A stretch of DNA of 64,000 bases, taken from the IMG/VR virus record IMGVR_UViG_3300017917_004917; one strand, given 5' to 3'. Origin of the DNA: an uncultured virus (IMG/VR IMGVR_UViG_3300017917_004917) (lineage: Duplodnaviria > Heunggongvirae > Uroviricota > Caudoviricetes). Below are positions 9,163-18,669 of the stretch, piece after piece (position 1 is the first letter of the stretch; every line of letters begins with the position of its first letter). The position numbers and the translations under genes were made by a program. The notes under the pieces were generated by a model, which was given only the letters and a program-made list of their open reading frames with translations, ran no database searches and had not been told where the DNA came from.

Positions 9163-11122
9163 CTTCTTCTTTAAGTCTTAAATCTCTAATCGGCTGAAAT
9201 GATACATCCTTGTCAGTTAAATAATCCATTACAAGCCTTTTAAATCTATTGCTACCTAACTCATTTGCAAAGCCCTTAACTTGGTCAAAAACAAGCTCCT
9301 TATACTTCGAATCATATTTAAATCCAATAGTATATCTTTCTTTTTCTTTAGATGGTCTATTTGGGTCTCTATCAAAAACTGAACCCATAAGATATGTGCC
9401 CTGCGCTACGTTTACAGCATATTCAGATGCACTATGTCTCATTTCTGGACCCTCTTTCATTATCTTTCCAGCAGTATCAAATAAAACAACTTCAAGAGGT
9501 CCATCATAATCACCTTTGCCTCTTGTCTCAAGAAATCTAAATTTAGAAACAAATTCCTCAATTGCCCCAGACTTCTCTATCTCACTCTTAACTTTGTAGA
9601 ATTTAACAAGATTATCATGATACTCAACAAGTTCATTGTATGTTTTTATTTTATTAAAGTGTTTTTTAGGATTAAAATCCATTACCTCCATCATCAACTT
9701 AGCATCATCATATTCAACAAAAGAAAAGTGTTTAATATTACTATAATCTTTAAAGAAATATCTAGAATCTAAGTAGCTATCAATTATCTGTAAAATTCTA
9801 TCCAATTCATCATTTTCCATTTTATTTCTAAAATAAAAAGCATCAATTGCATTTGTCAGCAAATTAATATCATATTTTTGAAGCAGTGAAATAACTCCTT
9901 TTTTATCGTAAAATTTAAAATATTTAATTATCTGTTTATATTGAGAGAAATTTTCTATTTTTTTAAATATAAACTTAGAAATACTACCATCTTCAACTGC
10001 GTCTAATACTTGAAATTTACCTTCTGAATTTACAACCTTACCAGCTCTATAAGATTTATTTTGTCTAATAATGTATTTAGCCTCATTGTCTTCATCAAGT
10101 AATTTGTAACTTAAATCTTCTTCACTTTTATTTATTTCATTATCATATTGTACTCTGCCCTTTGATTTATAAGCAAAATCATGAGCCTCCCTATTGTCTT
10201 CGTTAACTTCTTCATTAAGTTTATTTATATATTTATTTACAAGAAAATTAAATATATTCACAGGAGATGTGGCTCCACTTTCATCCATTTCTTTAGAAGA
10301 TGGTATTTCACACTCCAACATTAATTCATATAAAAAACTTGAACTCTTGGTAAGAGCCACAGTTGAAAGATTACTATATTTAATAATGCCATAAAATATT
10401 GATAATAATTTTTTTATAAAATTAACCCCAACCTCATTAGGCGTATTTCTTATAAATTCAAGAAATTCATGTACTATATTTCCATTTCTCGTATCTGAAA
10501 CAAAATTAGCTAATCTATTTATGTACATATGTAATTTATAAAAATCTATAACCTTATCTGTTTCTAATTTAAAAAACTTATTAACATATAAAATAACTTT
10601 ATCTAAATCAAACTCTTCCTCCTTTGAAGAAAGACCAAATTCTCTATAAAACAATTTTTTACTACTTTTTTCAAACCTAATATATTTAATAGACTCATCA
10701 AAAACTATTTTATACTCAACATTTTCATCTTCTAATTCTCTTTTTGCTAATCCAGGGCAAACTTTTGAATAATAAATAACCAAATCATTATCAGTCTCTT
10801 GAAAGTCGTAGCCAGATATGAAATATTCACCAATTGATATCAACTTTCTTTTAATATCTATATTATTGAAGTTTTTATCACAATGGGGGCAAATAATTTT
10901 CTTATCTAAAGACAGCTTTATGTCTTTATAAATTCCAGAATATAATTCATCATTTTCACTCTCTTCGCTTAGGATTTGTTGTAAATCTAATATTTCCTCC
11001 TCATTTGAGGATAAAAATTGTTCACCGCAACTACAAAAGTATCTATCAGCTTTTTTTTCATCAAACACAAAAGAATATTCTTTTTCTATTTGGTCTAAAT
11101 TTAAAATAGTTTCTTTTACCAT
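9152..11122 (-). CDS. Large PcfJ-like protein with N-terminal Zn ribbon
   Basis: CSCG ... CPHC at the N-terminus; C-terminal EYHD.L...IMKEGPEMRHSASEY...RYTIGF...QVKGFAN. Confidence 0.65.
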   Translation of the reverse strand: MVKETILNLDQIEKEYSFVFDEKKADRYFCSCGEQFLSSNEEEILDLQQILSEESENDELYSGIYKDIKLSLDKKIICPHCDKNFNNIDIKRKLISIGEYFISGYDFQETDNDLVIYYSKVCPGLAKRELEDENVEYKIVFDESIKYIRFEKSSKKLFYREFGLSSKEEEFDLDKVILYVNKFFKLETDKVIDFYKLHMYINRLANFVSDTRNGNIVHEFLEFIRNTPNEVGVNFIKKLLSIFYGIIKYSNLSTVALTKSSSFLYELMLECEIPSSKEMDESGATSPVNIFNFLVNKYINKLNEEVNEDNREAHDFAYKSKGRVQYDNEINKSEEDLSYKLLDEDNEAKYIIRQNKSYRAGKVVNSEGKFQVLDAVEDGSISKFIFKKIENFSQYKQIIKYFKFYDKKGVISLLQKYDINLLTNAIDAFYFRNKMENDELDRILQIIDSYLDSRYFFKDYSNIKHFSFVEYDDAKLMMEVMDFNPKKHFNKIKTYNELVEYHDNLVKFYKVKSEIEKSGAIEEFVSKFRFLETRGKGDYDGPLEVVLFDTAGKIMKEGPEMRHSASEYAVNVAQGTYLMGSVFDRDPNRPSKEKERYTIGFKYDSKYKELVFDQVKGFANELGSNRFKRLVMDYLTDKDVSFQPIRDLRLKEEDAE

Positions 11123-11208
11123 ATTATTTTTTTTTAAATATATTAATTTAAAACAAAAAAACCAAGACCTTATAGCCCTGGTTTTAAATAATTTTATTAT
11201 TTATTTAA

Positions 11209-11436
11209 TTACTTACTCAAAACATCAATAGTTTTTTTTATTAAATCTTCTTCAGAATCTTCTATATGAGCTTCAGCTTCTTCTTTGTCCCATATAACAA
11301 TTGGACCTTTGGATTGAATGACGCTAACAATGCCTCTAGGACCTCTTCTAATGACCATTATTTTTTCTTCTTTTTCACCTATAGATATTACCTTACCTTC
11401 TGGTCTATATACAAATAATTGCTTTATATCAATCAT
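11209..11436 (-). CDS. Hypothetical protein
   Basis: ORF followed by a hairpin at about 11155-11185. Confidence 0.55.
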   Translation of the reverse strand: MIDIKQLFVYRPEGKVISIGEKEEKIMVIRRGPRGIVSVIQSKGPIVIWDKEEAEAHIEDSEEDLIKKTIDVLSK

Positions 11437-11446
11437 ATTTTATTTT

Positions 11447-12139
11447 TTAAATAAGTTTTGAAATTCTTTTAGCCTCTTCATTAATAAAGCTAATAAGTTC
11501 TTTTTTATTTTTAAAAGCCTCTGGTAATTCTATACCCTTTGCTATTCTTTCTCTTGTTTCTTCAGAAGCTGGAGCTTTCTCACTAGAAACTGCTCTTTTT
11601 TGTCCAGTAGTGTGTTTTTCTCTACCTGTAATCTCTCCACCAGCCTCAACATAAGTTTTAGCACCTTGGTCGTCAACATTTTTATCAAGAGAATTCATTT
11701 CAATCTTTTCTTTTCTATCTTCAAAAGGAGTTGATGATGAAGTTGATGGGTTTTTAGTCTTAGACTCAAAGTTACTATTCTTCATACCTTCAATATTTGG
11801 ATTGTCAGAAGTACCTTTTTTAGTAGAATTGGCGGCTGTCACTTTTACTGCAGCTGAAATTTCTTCATCATGACCTTGGTCACCATCTTTTCTGTTCATC
11901 TTAACATCAGTAGGCAATTCTTCATTGGTCATATTAGCCTTTTTCTTTTCGAATTTTCCGTCTGTATTTTTAGTATAAGCAGAACCATCTGAATTATCAA
12001 TTCTGTCCAATTGATTCATTTTAATGTCTATAGTATCACCTGCATTGACAATTTTGTCAGACTCTTCTCTAAGCAATTTAGAAGCCTCCTCTTTAATAAG
12101 TCTCTTAAGGTCTTCTGGAGAAATAGATATTTTCTTCAT
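11447..12139 (-). CDS. Leader-motif protein, low complexity, possible internal head protein
   Basis: EDLKRLIKEEASKLLREE at the N-terminus; KELISFINEEAKRI at the C-terminus. Confidence 0.55.
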   Translation of the reverse strand: MKKISISPEDLKRLIKEEASKLLREESDKIVNAGDTIDIKMNQLDRIDNSDGSAYTKNTDGKFEKKKANMTNEELPTDVKMNRKDGDQGHDEEISAAVKVTAANSTKKGTSDNPNIEGMKNSNFESKTKNPSTSSSTPFEDRKEKIEMNSLDKNVDDQGAKTYVEAGGEITGREKHTTGQKRAVSSEKAPASEETRERIAKGIELPEAFKNKKELISFINEEAKRISKLI

Positions 12140-12208
12140 TATGATATGTTTTTTTATATAAATATTAAATAAAAGATAAAATTAGATATTTAATATAAAC
12201 TTTTTTAA

Positions 12209-12216
12209 TATATTTG
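12209..12216 (+). promoter_or_regulatory. Bacteroidota sigma-A -7 element (TATATTTG)
   Basis: TAnnTTTG match upstream of infC. Confidence 0.55.
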
Positions 12217-12263
12217 CGTATAAGTAATTAGTTTGAATATTTATTAACTTAAAAAAATAAAAA

Positions 12264-12806
12264 TTGAATAATAACAAAAAAATAAAAGGAGAGAAATTTG
12301 GCTCTAATTATAAAATTAACAACAACATAGTACAAAAAGAAGTTAGAGTAGTAGAGGGTCTAGATATTGGCATATACAACACCATTGATGCGATAAGCGA
12401 AGCAGAATCTCTTGGTTTAGACCTAATATTAATAAATGAAAAAGTAAATCCACCCATATGTAAGGTGATGGATTTTAGCAAATTTCTATACGAAGAGAAA
12501 CAAAGAGAAAAGGATAATCTAAAAAATCAAAAGAAAACCGTACTTAAGGAAGTTCAATTTAGCCCAAACATTGGAGATAATGATTATGAGACAAAAAAGA
12601 AAAGTGTAATAAAATTTCTTAAAGATGGGAATAAAGTAAAAGTTAGTGTATTCTTTAAAGGTAGGACTATTATGTTTAAAGATAAGGGTGAGTTAATTTT
12701 AGCTAAATTAGCAACGGAAATAGAGGAACATGGCATTCCAGAATGCTTACCAAAACTTACTGGAAAGAATATGATGTTTATATTAAAACCTAAAAAAACA
12801 AAATAA
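12264..12806 (+). CDS. infC: Translation initiation factor IF-3
   Basis: IN..I..KEVRVV, AESLGLDLILI...NPPICKVMDFSKFLYEEK, KEVQFSPNIGDNDYETK, FLKDGNKVKVSVFFKGR. Confidence 0.95.
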   Translation: MNNNKKIKGEKFGSNYKINNNIVQKEVRVVEGLDIGIYNTIDAISEAESLGLDLILINEKVNPPICKVMDFSKFLYEEKQREKDNLKNQKKTVLKEVQFSPNIGDNDYETKKKSVIKFLKDGNKVKVSVFFKGRTIMFKDKGELILAKLATEIEEHGIPECLPKLTGKNMMFILKPKKTK

Positions 12807-13316
12807 ATGACTAAAGAAGAAAAATTTGAATTGAGGCCATTTATATCTCCCTCAGATAAGGAGTTTAAAAATAAAATAGGAAATGAATTGTGGAATAAAA
12901 TTAAAAGCAAAACATTTAGAGATGGTGGTTTTAAATGTAATGGTTGTGGATTTGAACCTTTTGATGTATCTGCAGATGAAGTATTAGACATTCATCTTGT
13001 AAGTGAGGATTTTGAAAGTCCAGAAGATTCAAAATTTAGAATAACTTGTTTACTTTGTCATGTAGTTGAGCATGCTGACGCAGCTATATCACAAGAATAT
13101 GTAGCATTGGTTAATAGTAAGTTCTCACAAGGAGAGCTTGTTAATATTTGCAGAAATGGTGGTCTATCCTCAAGTGTTGAGAATGGAGATATAAGATACC
13201 TAAGAAAAACTCTTCCAGAATTTTTAGAAGAACTAAAAGATGGAAGAGCTTTAGAAGGTAAGGTTAAATTTATATTTACAGATAAATATTTAAAAAAATT
13301 AGGAATTAATTCTTAA
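12807..13316 (+). CDS. HNH-fold Zn-binding protein, IcmJ/DotN-like
   Basis: RDGGFKCNGCGF...DIH...TCLLCHVVEH...VALVNSKFSQGELVNICR. Confidence 0.5.
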   Translation: MTKEEKFELRPFISPSDKEFKNKIGNELWNKIKSKTFRDGGFKCNGCGFEPFDVSADEVLDIHLVSEDFESPEDSKFRITCLLCHVVEHADAAISQEYVALVNSKFSQGELVNICRNGGLSSSVENGDIRYLRKTLPEFLEELKDGRALEGKVKFIFTDKYLKKLGINS

Positions 13317-14109
13317 TTTTGACTGGCACTAGCTTATAATACTTTCCATCTTGAGTCTTTATTACCTGACTTCCATCTTCAGTTTTAGCATTTATTTTTT
13401 CATAAGTAAGTTTGTCCTTATTTTTTTCTGTATAACTATTTAAAACTTCTGATATAGTATTTTTAGCTATTTGCTCCATCATTTTTTGCATATTTTGAAA
13501 GTCGAAATTTTGTTGATGTGTACTTGTATTAACTTGTTGGCTAAGTGGAGCTAGAGCGTTTTCAATAGTATCTTGTTGCGCAAATTGCATATACTGATTT
13601 TGTTGTAATTGTAACTTTTTCTTATTAAGCATACCAATTGGGTCAAAATCTGGACCATAACCCTCTGACTCAACAGAAAGCTGAGGCTGACTACTTTGAG
13701 GTACACTTAATTGATTTATTGGCTGTTGACTGTAAGATGGATAGGTTGCACCTCCCATCATAGCTTCAATTTCAGCAAGTTCTCCATTAACTGGAGATAC
13801 TGGGCCAAAATTATTTTCAACAGCAACTTTTTTTACTGGAGATGATTGTTGCCCTTGTGTATTAGGTCTTTTATTTTGCCTAACTTCTGGTATACCTTGG
13901 AACTCTTGGCTTGAACCTTTTGAGTTAACTAGCGTTTGTAATACTTGTTTGTTTGCACCACTCTTCAGCGCTTGGAGTCTAGCATGCTTATCTGCATTTT
14001 GAATTGTTACAGGTACTGCTGAAGCTGAGCCTTCGCTTAACGGAGCCTGCGTTATAGGCATAGGTATTCCAGCCTCTCTCATTCTTTTAATCCTTTCTTC
14101 TTGTGTCAT
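13306..14109 (-). CDS. Gln/Pro-rich, largely disordered protein
   Basis: Amino-acid composition. Confidence 0.6.
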   Translation of the reverse strand: MTQEERIKRMREAGIPMPITQAPLSEGSASAVPVTIQNADKHARLQALKSGANKQVLQTLVNSKGSSQEFQGIPEVRQNKRPNTQGQQSSPVKKVAVENNFGPVSPVNGELAEIEAMMGGATYPSYSQQPINQLSVPQSSQPQLSVESEGYGPDFDPIGMLNKKKLQLQQNQYMQFAQQDTIENALAPLSQQVNTSTHQQNFDFQNMQKMMEQIAKNTISEVLNSYTEKNKDKLTYEKINAKTEDGSQVIKTQDGKYYKLVPVKIKN

Positions 14110-14111
14110 AA

Positions 14112-14615
14112 TTATAAATATTCATCGTTATAATTTGTATCATCCAACTCATCCTCTAAATCAATAAGCTCATCAATAGAGCTCTCTATAATTTCCTCTT
14201 CTTCTTCCCCATCCTCTACAGGGTCAACTGATTTTTTAAACTTAATCTTCTCCTCCCTTGTAAGCTGTCTCATATTAGATACGCAGAAGTCATGAAGAAA
14301 ATTAAATTTTTTAATTTTTAATTCACCATCAGTGTCTAGATATTCTTCATTATTAACAATGCCTAAAAACAATTCATAATCACTTGAAGATATGTCCATT
14401 TTAATTGTTAAAATGTTACCACTCCTTCCAAATTTCCTAAACTTGATGGTTTTGTTAATTTTTTCAAAACTCATTTCCTTAAGGTCTATATAACTCTCTT
14501 GTTCTATTGATGAGTATGTGACTGAATCTCCATAAAACTCCTCAAATTTATTCATAGAAAATTTATAGTGCAAATCCAATAAAATATGGAGCATTTCTTT
14601 TTTACTTCTTGCCAT
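14112..14615 (-). CDS. Hypothetical protein with acidic tail
   Basis: ORF with D/E-rich C-terminus. Confidence 0.6.
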   Translation of the reverse strand: MARSKKEMLHILLDLHYKFSMNKFEEFYGDSVTYSSIEQESYIDLKEMSFEKINKTIKFRKFGRSGNILTIKMDISSSDYELFLGIVNNEEYLDTDGELKIKKFNFLHDFCVSNMRQLTREEKIKFKKSVDPVEDGEEEEEIIESSIDELIDLEDELDDTNYNDEYL

Positions 14616-14892
14616 AACTTAAAATAAATACTTCTTGCTCTTTAACATCCCACCAAGCATAAAATTCTTGATTTCTATTTGGATGCATAAAAAACAGTTT
14701 ATCAACTTCTTTTTTATATAAGGTCTTTTTAAATTTATTCTTTAATTTTTCAACCTCAGACTTAATGAAATCATCATTACTTTTTATTTCAAACAAAGTT
14801 TTCTTAGCTTCTTTCAATTCATTAGTAAACCACTTAAGAATTAAACTTTTATAGTCCTTTTGATTGTTAATTATTTTTTGAATAGTATTCAT
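14602..14892 (-). CDS. Hypothetical protein
   Basis: ORF in operon context. Confidence 0.55.
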   Translation of the reverse strand: MNTIQKIINNQKDYKSLILKWFTNELKEAKKTLFEIKSNDDFIKSEVEKLKNKFKKTLYKKEVDKLFFMHPNRNQEFYAWWDVKEQEVFILSYGKK

Positions 14893-14943
14893 AACCTATA
14901 AAAATATAATATATATACATCCTAAAGTAAATAGTTAAATTTA

Positions 14944-15585
14944 TTATGGGGCAGGTTGAGCTTCAACAGATGTCGATTGTTCTACTGATGGTGATTCTTC
15001 TTGGCTTTGACCTGGCCTTATAGTTAATCTCTCTCTCCAGTCTTTTTGCCAAGAGTTATAGTTATTATATAATTTTTCAATAAGATTTCTATTACCTTTA
15101 TCTACACTTAAATCTTCAGCACTTATAGTAAGACCATTTTTTAACGAATAAGACCAATTAATTCTTCCATTATGACCCATTTCAATAACACCAGAAGCTC
15201 CTGCTTCAATACCCTCAGGGCCAATCCACATTTTCAATGAATACCCATTAGATTGCTTATCAAAAACAACAGAAGCACCCTCAATATCACTAAGCATTTC
15301 TTCAAAAGAATCTTCAAATTGAGAAACTTCAGATGATTTTATCTGAGGAAGACCACTATCATAGCTCTCTTTAATGGTTGCGGCCAAAAAATTTCCAGAA
15401 CCAAAATCATCTGGCTTAACACCCCCATGAAACATACTTAACTCAACCTCCTCTTCAGAAAGACCCTTTGGCTTAAAAATTTTACTTTTCTCAGCCTCTA
15501 TTTTCTTAGTCTTATTTCTAAGCTCCTCAAAGGCAAGTGAGCGTATCTCTTGTCTAATCATTTCTGTTAATTCATTTCTAGTCAT
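14944..15585 (-). CDS. Leader-motif protein of unknown function
   Basis: MTRNELTEMIRQEIRSLAFEE. Confidence 0.6.
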   Translation of the reverse strand: MTRNELTEMIRQEIRSLAFEELRNKTKKIEAEKSKIFKPKGLSEEEVELSMFHGGVKPDDFGSGNFLAATIKESYDSGLPQIKSSEVSQFEDSFEEMLSDIEGASVVFDKQSNGYSLKMWIGPEGIEAGASGVIEMGHNGRINWSYSLKNGLTISAEDLSVDKGNRNLIEKLYNNYNSWQKDWRERLTIRPGQSQEESPSVEQSTSVEAQPAP

Positions 15586-15597
15586 ATTGTCGAAATT

Positions 15598-16494
15598 TTA
15601 TTTTTTATTAATTCTATTAAGCATATCAAATAATCTTTGGTCAGGATATACATCATACTTATCTTTTCTAACACTAGCATGCGTCCATATACCAGAGATA
15701 TTATTACTTATTAATTTTTCATTATATGTTGTCCAATCTAAATTAAAATCATCGTCTTGTATATTTATTTTATATTCACTTATAATCCAAATCAACAATT
15801 TTTCTAAGGACTCAATTTGCTTATCACTATATGAATGAAAGTGTATTTTTCCCCTCCATTCACAATCTAAAGTATAAACCTCGCTTAGGTCAACCTCTCC
15901 TCCATAAATATTAAAAAATTTATTTCCTTTCTTTTCTAGTGGGCCCCAAGAACAAATTTCAATTCCAATAGAGCTCTTATCTAACTTTCCCTTACTACCC
16001 TTAACGCCAAGGTGATAGCTCCAATAGTCTGGATTAAATGCCTCATAAATTTTACCATCATCAAGCCCTCTTCCACTTATAACAAAAGAAGATGATACTC
16101 TATCTACATTATTACTCCAATTATTTATAACACCTTTAGCATCTGGACCAGACATTGTATTATGTATAAATATTTTATCTTTATTTGTTGTTTGTCTTAT
16201 AAATTGCTCTGAATATTTTTTACAACTTACATCAACATTTAAATCTTTATAGTTTTTTGCGTATTTATTTTCATTCTGTTCCTTAGAAGTTCTTTTTTGT
16301 GCCGCCTTAATAGTTAATAATGTTTTTTGAACTGCGATTCCATCAATTGGTAAATTATATTTTTTTTGAAACGCCTTAAGCGACCTAAATGTTATGTTTC
16401 CAAAATAGCCATCAATAATTAAATCATAACCAAGTAGCGAAAGATTTTTTTGTAGTTGAGATACTTCTATTCCTCTATCTCCTAGTGTAATCAT
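15598..16494 (-). CDS. Endolysin: peptidoglycan-binding domain plus N-acetylmuramoyl-L-alanine amidase (Amidase_2)
   Basis: LGDRG.EVSQLQKNL..LGY...IDG.FG..T...LKAFQK.Y.L.IDG; IFIHNT, SSFVI, WSYHLG, SIGIEI, THASVR.DKYD. Confidence 0.9.
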   Translation of the reverse strand: MITLGDRGIEVSQLQKNLSLLGYDLIIDGYFGNITFRSLKAFQKKYNLPIDGIAVQKTLLTIKAAQKRTSKEQNENKYAKNYKDLNVDVSCKKYSEQFIRQTTNKDKIFIHNTMSGPDAKGVINNWSNNVDRVSSSFVISGRGLDDGKIYEAFNPDYWSYHLGVKGSKGKLDKSSIGIEICSWGPLEKKGNKFFNIYGGEVDLSEVYTLDCEWRGKIHFHSYSDKQIESLEKLLIWIISEYKINIQDDDFNLDWTTYNEKLISNNISGIWTHASVRKDKYDVYPDQRLFDMLNRINKK

Positions 16495-16632
16495 ATTGTT
16501 TTTTACTATAAATAGCGAATAAAAAGCTTTATATAGTTGATTTTATTGATGTATTTATAAAAAATAGTTTTTTTTTGAAACATAAAAATACAATGTTCGT
16601 ACAACAAGAAAGAACCAATAAAAATAAATGTT

Positions 16633-17037
16633 ATGATTTTAGTATTTAAAAACAATTTAAAAGCAAATCAAAGATTAACAAAGGCTTATAACTACTTGTG
16701 CACCCCTGCACTAATTGTACATGAACTTTTACATTATATCATGATTAAGTTAACCTTTACAAAATACGGTCATACAAGTATTTTACTGGGTCAAGATTAT
16801 GAAGAAACAGGAAATTTGTCAGTTGCCATTTTCTACATCCCATCAAACAAATTTCAAATCTTTATGATAAGCATGGCTCCATTCTTAGCTCTACTCATCT
16901 CTCCAGCTTTATTTATGTTTGATTTTAAGATTTTATCACTATTATACATTATCTACTCTATTTTATGCTTAAGAGTAGTTTTACCAAGTAAAGAAGATTT
17001 TGACGCCATCAAAGGAGACCAAAAAGCTTTTTCTTAA
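16633..17037 (+). CDS. Membrane-embedded HExxH zincin-like peptidase (DUF3267-like)
   Basis: LIVHELLHY, SMAPF, TM segments, PSKEDF. Confidence 0.6.
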   Translation: MILVFKNNLKANQRLTKAYNYLCTPALIVHELLHYIMIKLTFTKYGHTSILLGQDYEETGNLSVAIFYIPSNKFQIFMISMAPFLALLISPALFMFDFKILSLLYIIYSILCLRVVLPSKEDFDAIKGDQKAFS

Positions 17038-17056
17038 AAATAAAATATATAAACAC

Positions 17057-17089
17057 AAAAAAACCCTAGAAATAATTCTAGGGTTTTTT
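17057..17089. terminator. Bidirectional intrinsic terminator
   Basis: aaaaaaccctaga/tctagggtttttt between convergent genes. Confidence 0.8.
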
Positions 17090-17103
17090 GATTATTATTT
17101 TTA

Positions 17104-17565
17104 TTAAACTCCCAAACCTTGTGAAGCTCCTCCTGAACCAAGTCTAGAAGCCCCATATCTACCTGGCTTATAAATTACAGTTCCAGACTTAGGTTCTGAA
17201 ATAATTTGACCTGAATATCCATTTGCTTCCATAGCAGAAACAAAACCAGCCTCATCAAGAGTCTTTCCTTCAGAGTTAAACTTGGTATACCCCATCCCCT
17301 TAAGCTTTTCAATTCTAGCCATAAGAACTTCTTTTCTCTTATTTACTTCAGCATCATCATCTTTAAGTCCAAGAAATTTACCAAGACCTTCTTCAATCTC
17401 TTCATCTTCCATCTCACCCTCCATGTAAGATTCGTTCATAAGTTTTTTAAGCTCATTTTGAAGTGCTTTTTTTTCGTTTTCAAGAACCATTCTCTTTTTA
17501 AGCTTAAGAGCTTCTTCTCTAATAATTTCTCTGAACTCAGAGATTGTTAATTCTTTTTTTGCCAT
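17104..17565 (-). CDS. Leader-motif protein of unknown function
   Basis: ELTISEFREIIREEALKLKK...LMNES...IEEG. Confidence 0.6.
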   Translation of the reverse strand: MAKKELTISEFREIIREEALKLKKRMVLENEKKALQNELKKLMNESYMEGEMEDEEIEEGLGKFLGLKDDDAEVNKRKEVLMARIEKLKGMGYTKFNSEGKTLDEAGFVSAMEANGYSGQIISEPKSGTVIYKPGRYGASRLGSGGASQGLGV

Positions 17566-17643
17566 GACAGTATTAATTGTTAACGTTAATATACTTTGTT
17601 TTAAAATAAATAGTATTAAAAAAACAAAATTATATAAAATAAA

Positions 17644-17780
17644 TTACAACGTTTCACAAGTTTGTGTTCGGTGTTGGATTAAGAAAGTCAATTTCTCAAG
17701 TTATGATAATGCTTATAAGAAACACAAAGCTTAAATAAGCCACCAAGACCAACACTGGCACAAACTTGTTGTTGTGTGTA
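17644..17780 (-). repeat. attC-like cassette recombination site (long imperfect palindrome)
   Basis: On the minus strand TACACACAAC follows just after a stop codon and the site ends in GTTGTAA. Inner arms: acaagtttgtg (17656-17666) pairs with cacaaacttgt (17759-17769); gtgttgg (17671-17677) pairs with ccaacac (17749-17755). Confidence 0.75.
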
Positions 17781-18669
17781 GGTTTTTATTCGTCTATTGG
17801 GTCTATTTTATTAGTGTTCTCATCATCTTGGTTGTTCATTTTACTTAACTGAACAAATAATTTGTCCCAAGTAAATCCAACAACTATTGATGATACTATT
17901 TTTATATTGACAATTTCGGTTGTAGTTAAAATAAATGATATTAAAAACGAACCTACAATCCAAAGAAGTGGAATATAAATTTTTCCCCAGTTATATTTGT
18001 TGTTTTTATTATCACTATCATTTAAAGTCAGAATTTGTAATTTCAACAAATCTTTTCCTTTTGTTTTTATTAAAATACCATTTAATAAAACTAATATAAG
18101 TGAAATAACAAATGTTGTTATTGCAAAAATTAAGTGGGAATTACTTTGACTTGGTTCACCTTTTGAAAACCAAAATAAAACTAATTCTTTTAAAAAATCA
18201 GAGTTAAAACATGTCATAAATTATCTATTTTATCCCTTAAAAACTCTTTTGAATGAAAAAAACTTCTCGATATTTTTAAAGATTGTTTGAAATATTCAAA
18301 TTTTAATTCATAATCTTTATTACTGTTAATTATATATTTTAATTTCTCCATAGGACTCCTTAAAACAACTCTGATGTCTCCACGATTATCATTTATTATA
18401 AAAAACTCATCATTAGTTTTTAAAAGATATGTTCTCTGTTTTTCAACCTCAAATAATAATAAAACTCTACCTTTTAAATTATTTTCGTCTAAATCAAATA
18501 AGTCTGTTATATATTTAACAATCTTAGATTTTTCTTCAAATCGTCTAAAATTATCAATATGTTCTCTCATTTCTTTTGGCATACCTTCTTTATTTTCCTC
18601 AAATTTACCAATTTTCTCCTTCTCAGACAAATTGTTCTTTGTCGTGTCTTTTTTTAAACTTACACACAA
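17650..18669 (-). mobile_element. Integron-style gene cassette (two ORFs plus attC-like site) integrated at G|TT
   Basis: The cassette 5' end GTTGTGTGTA (18670-18661) is the exact complement of TACACACAAC (17780-17771). Removing the cassette restores an AAATTACAA/TTGTAATTT inverted repeat in the flanks. Confidence 0.75.
17786..18217 (-). CDS. Cassette-borne membrane protein
   Basis: Two to three hydrophobic helices; ends just before the attC-like site. Confidence 0.65.
   Translation of the reverse strand: MTCFNSDFLKELVLFWFSKGEPSQSNSHLIFAITTFVISLILVLLNGILIKTKGKDLLKLQILTLNDSDNKNNKYNWGKIYIPLLWIVGSFLISFILTTTEIVNIKIVSSIVVGFTWDKLFVQLSKMNNQDDENTNKIDPIDE

Noticed and set aside
17580..17589. Perfect palindrome TTAACGTTAA upstream of 17104..17565
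   Set aside because: A single short AT-rich occurrence with no second copy noticed; may be chance.
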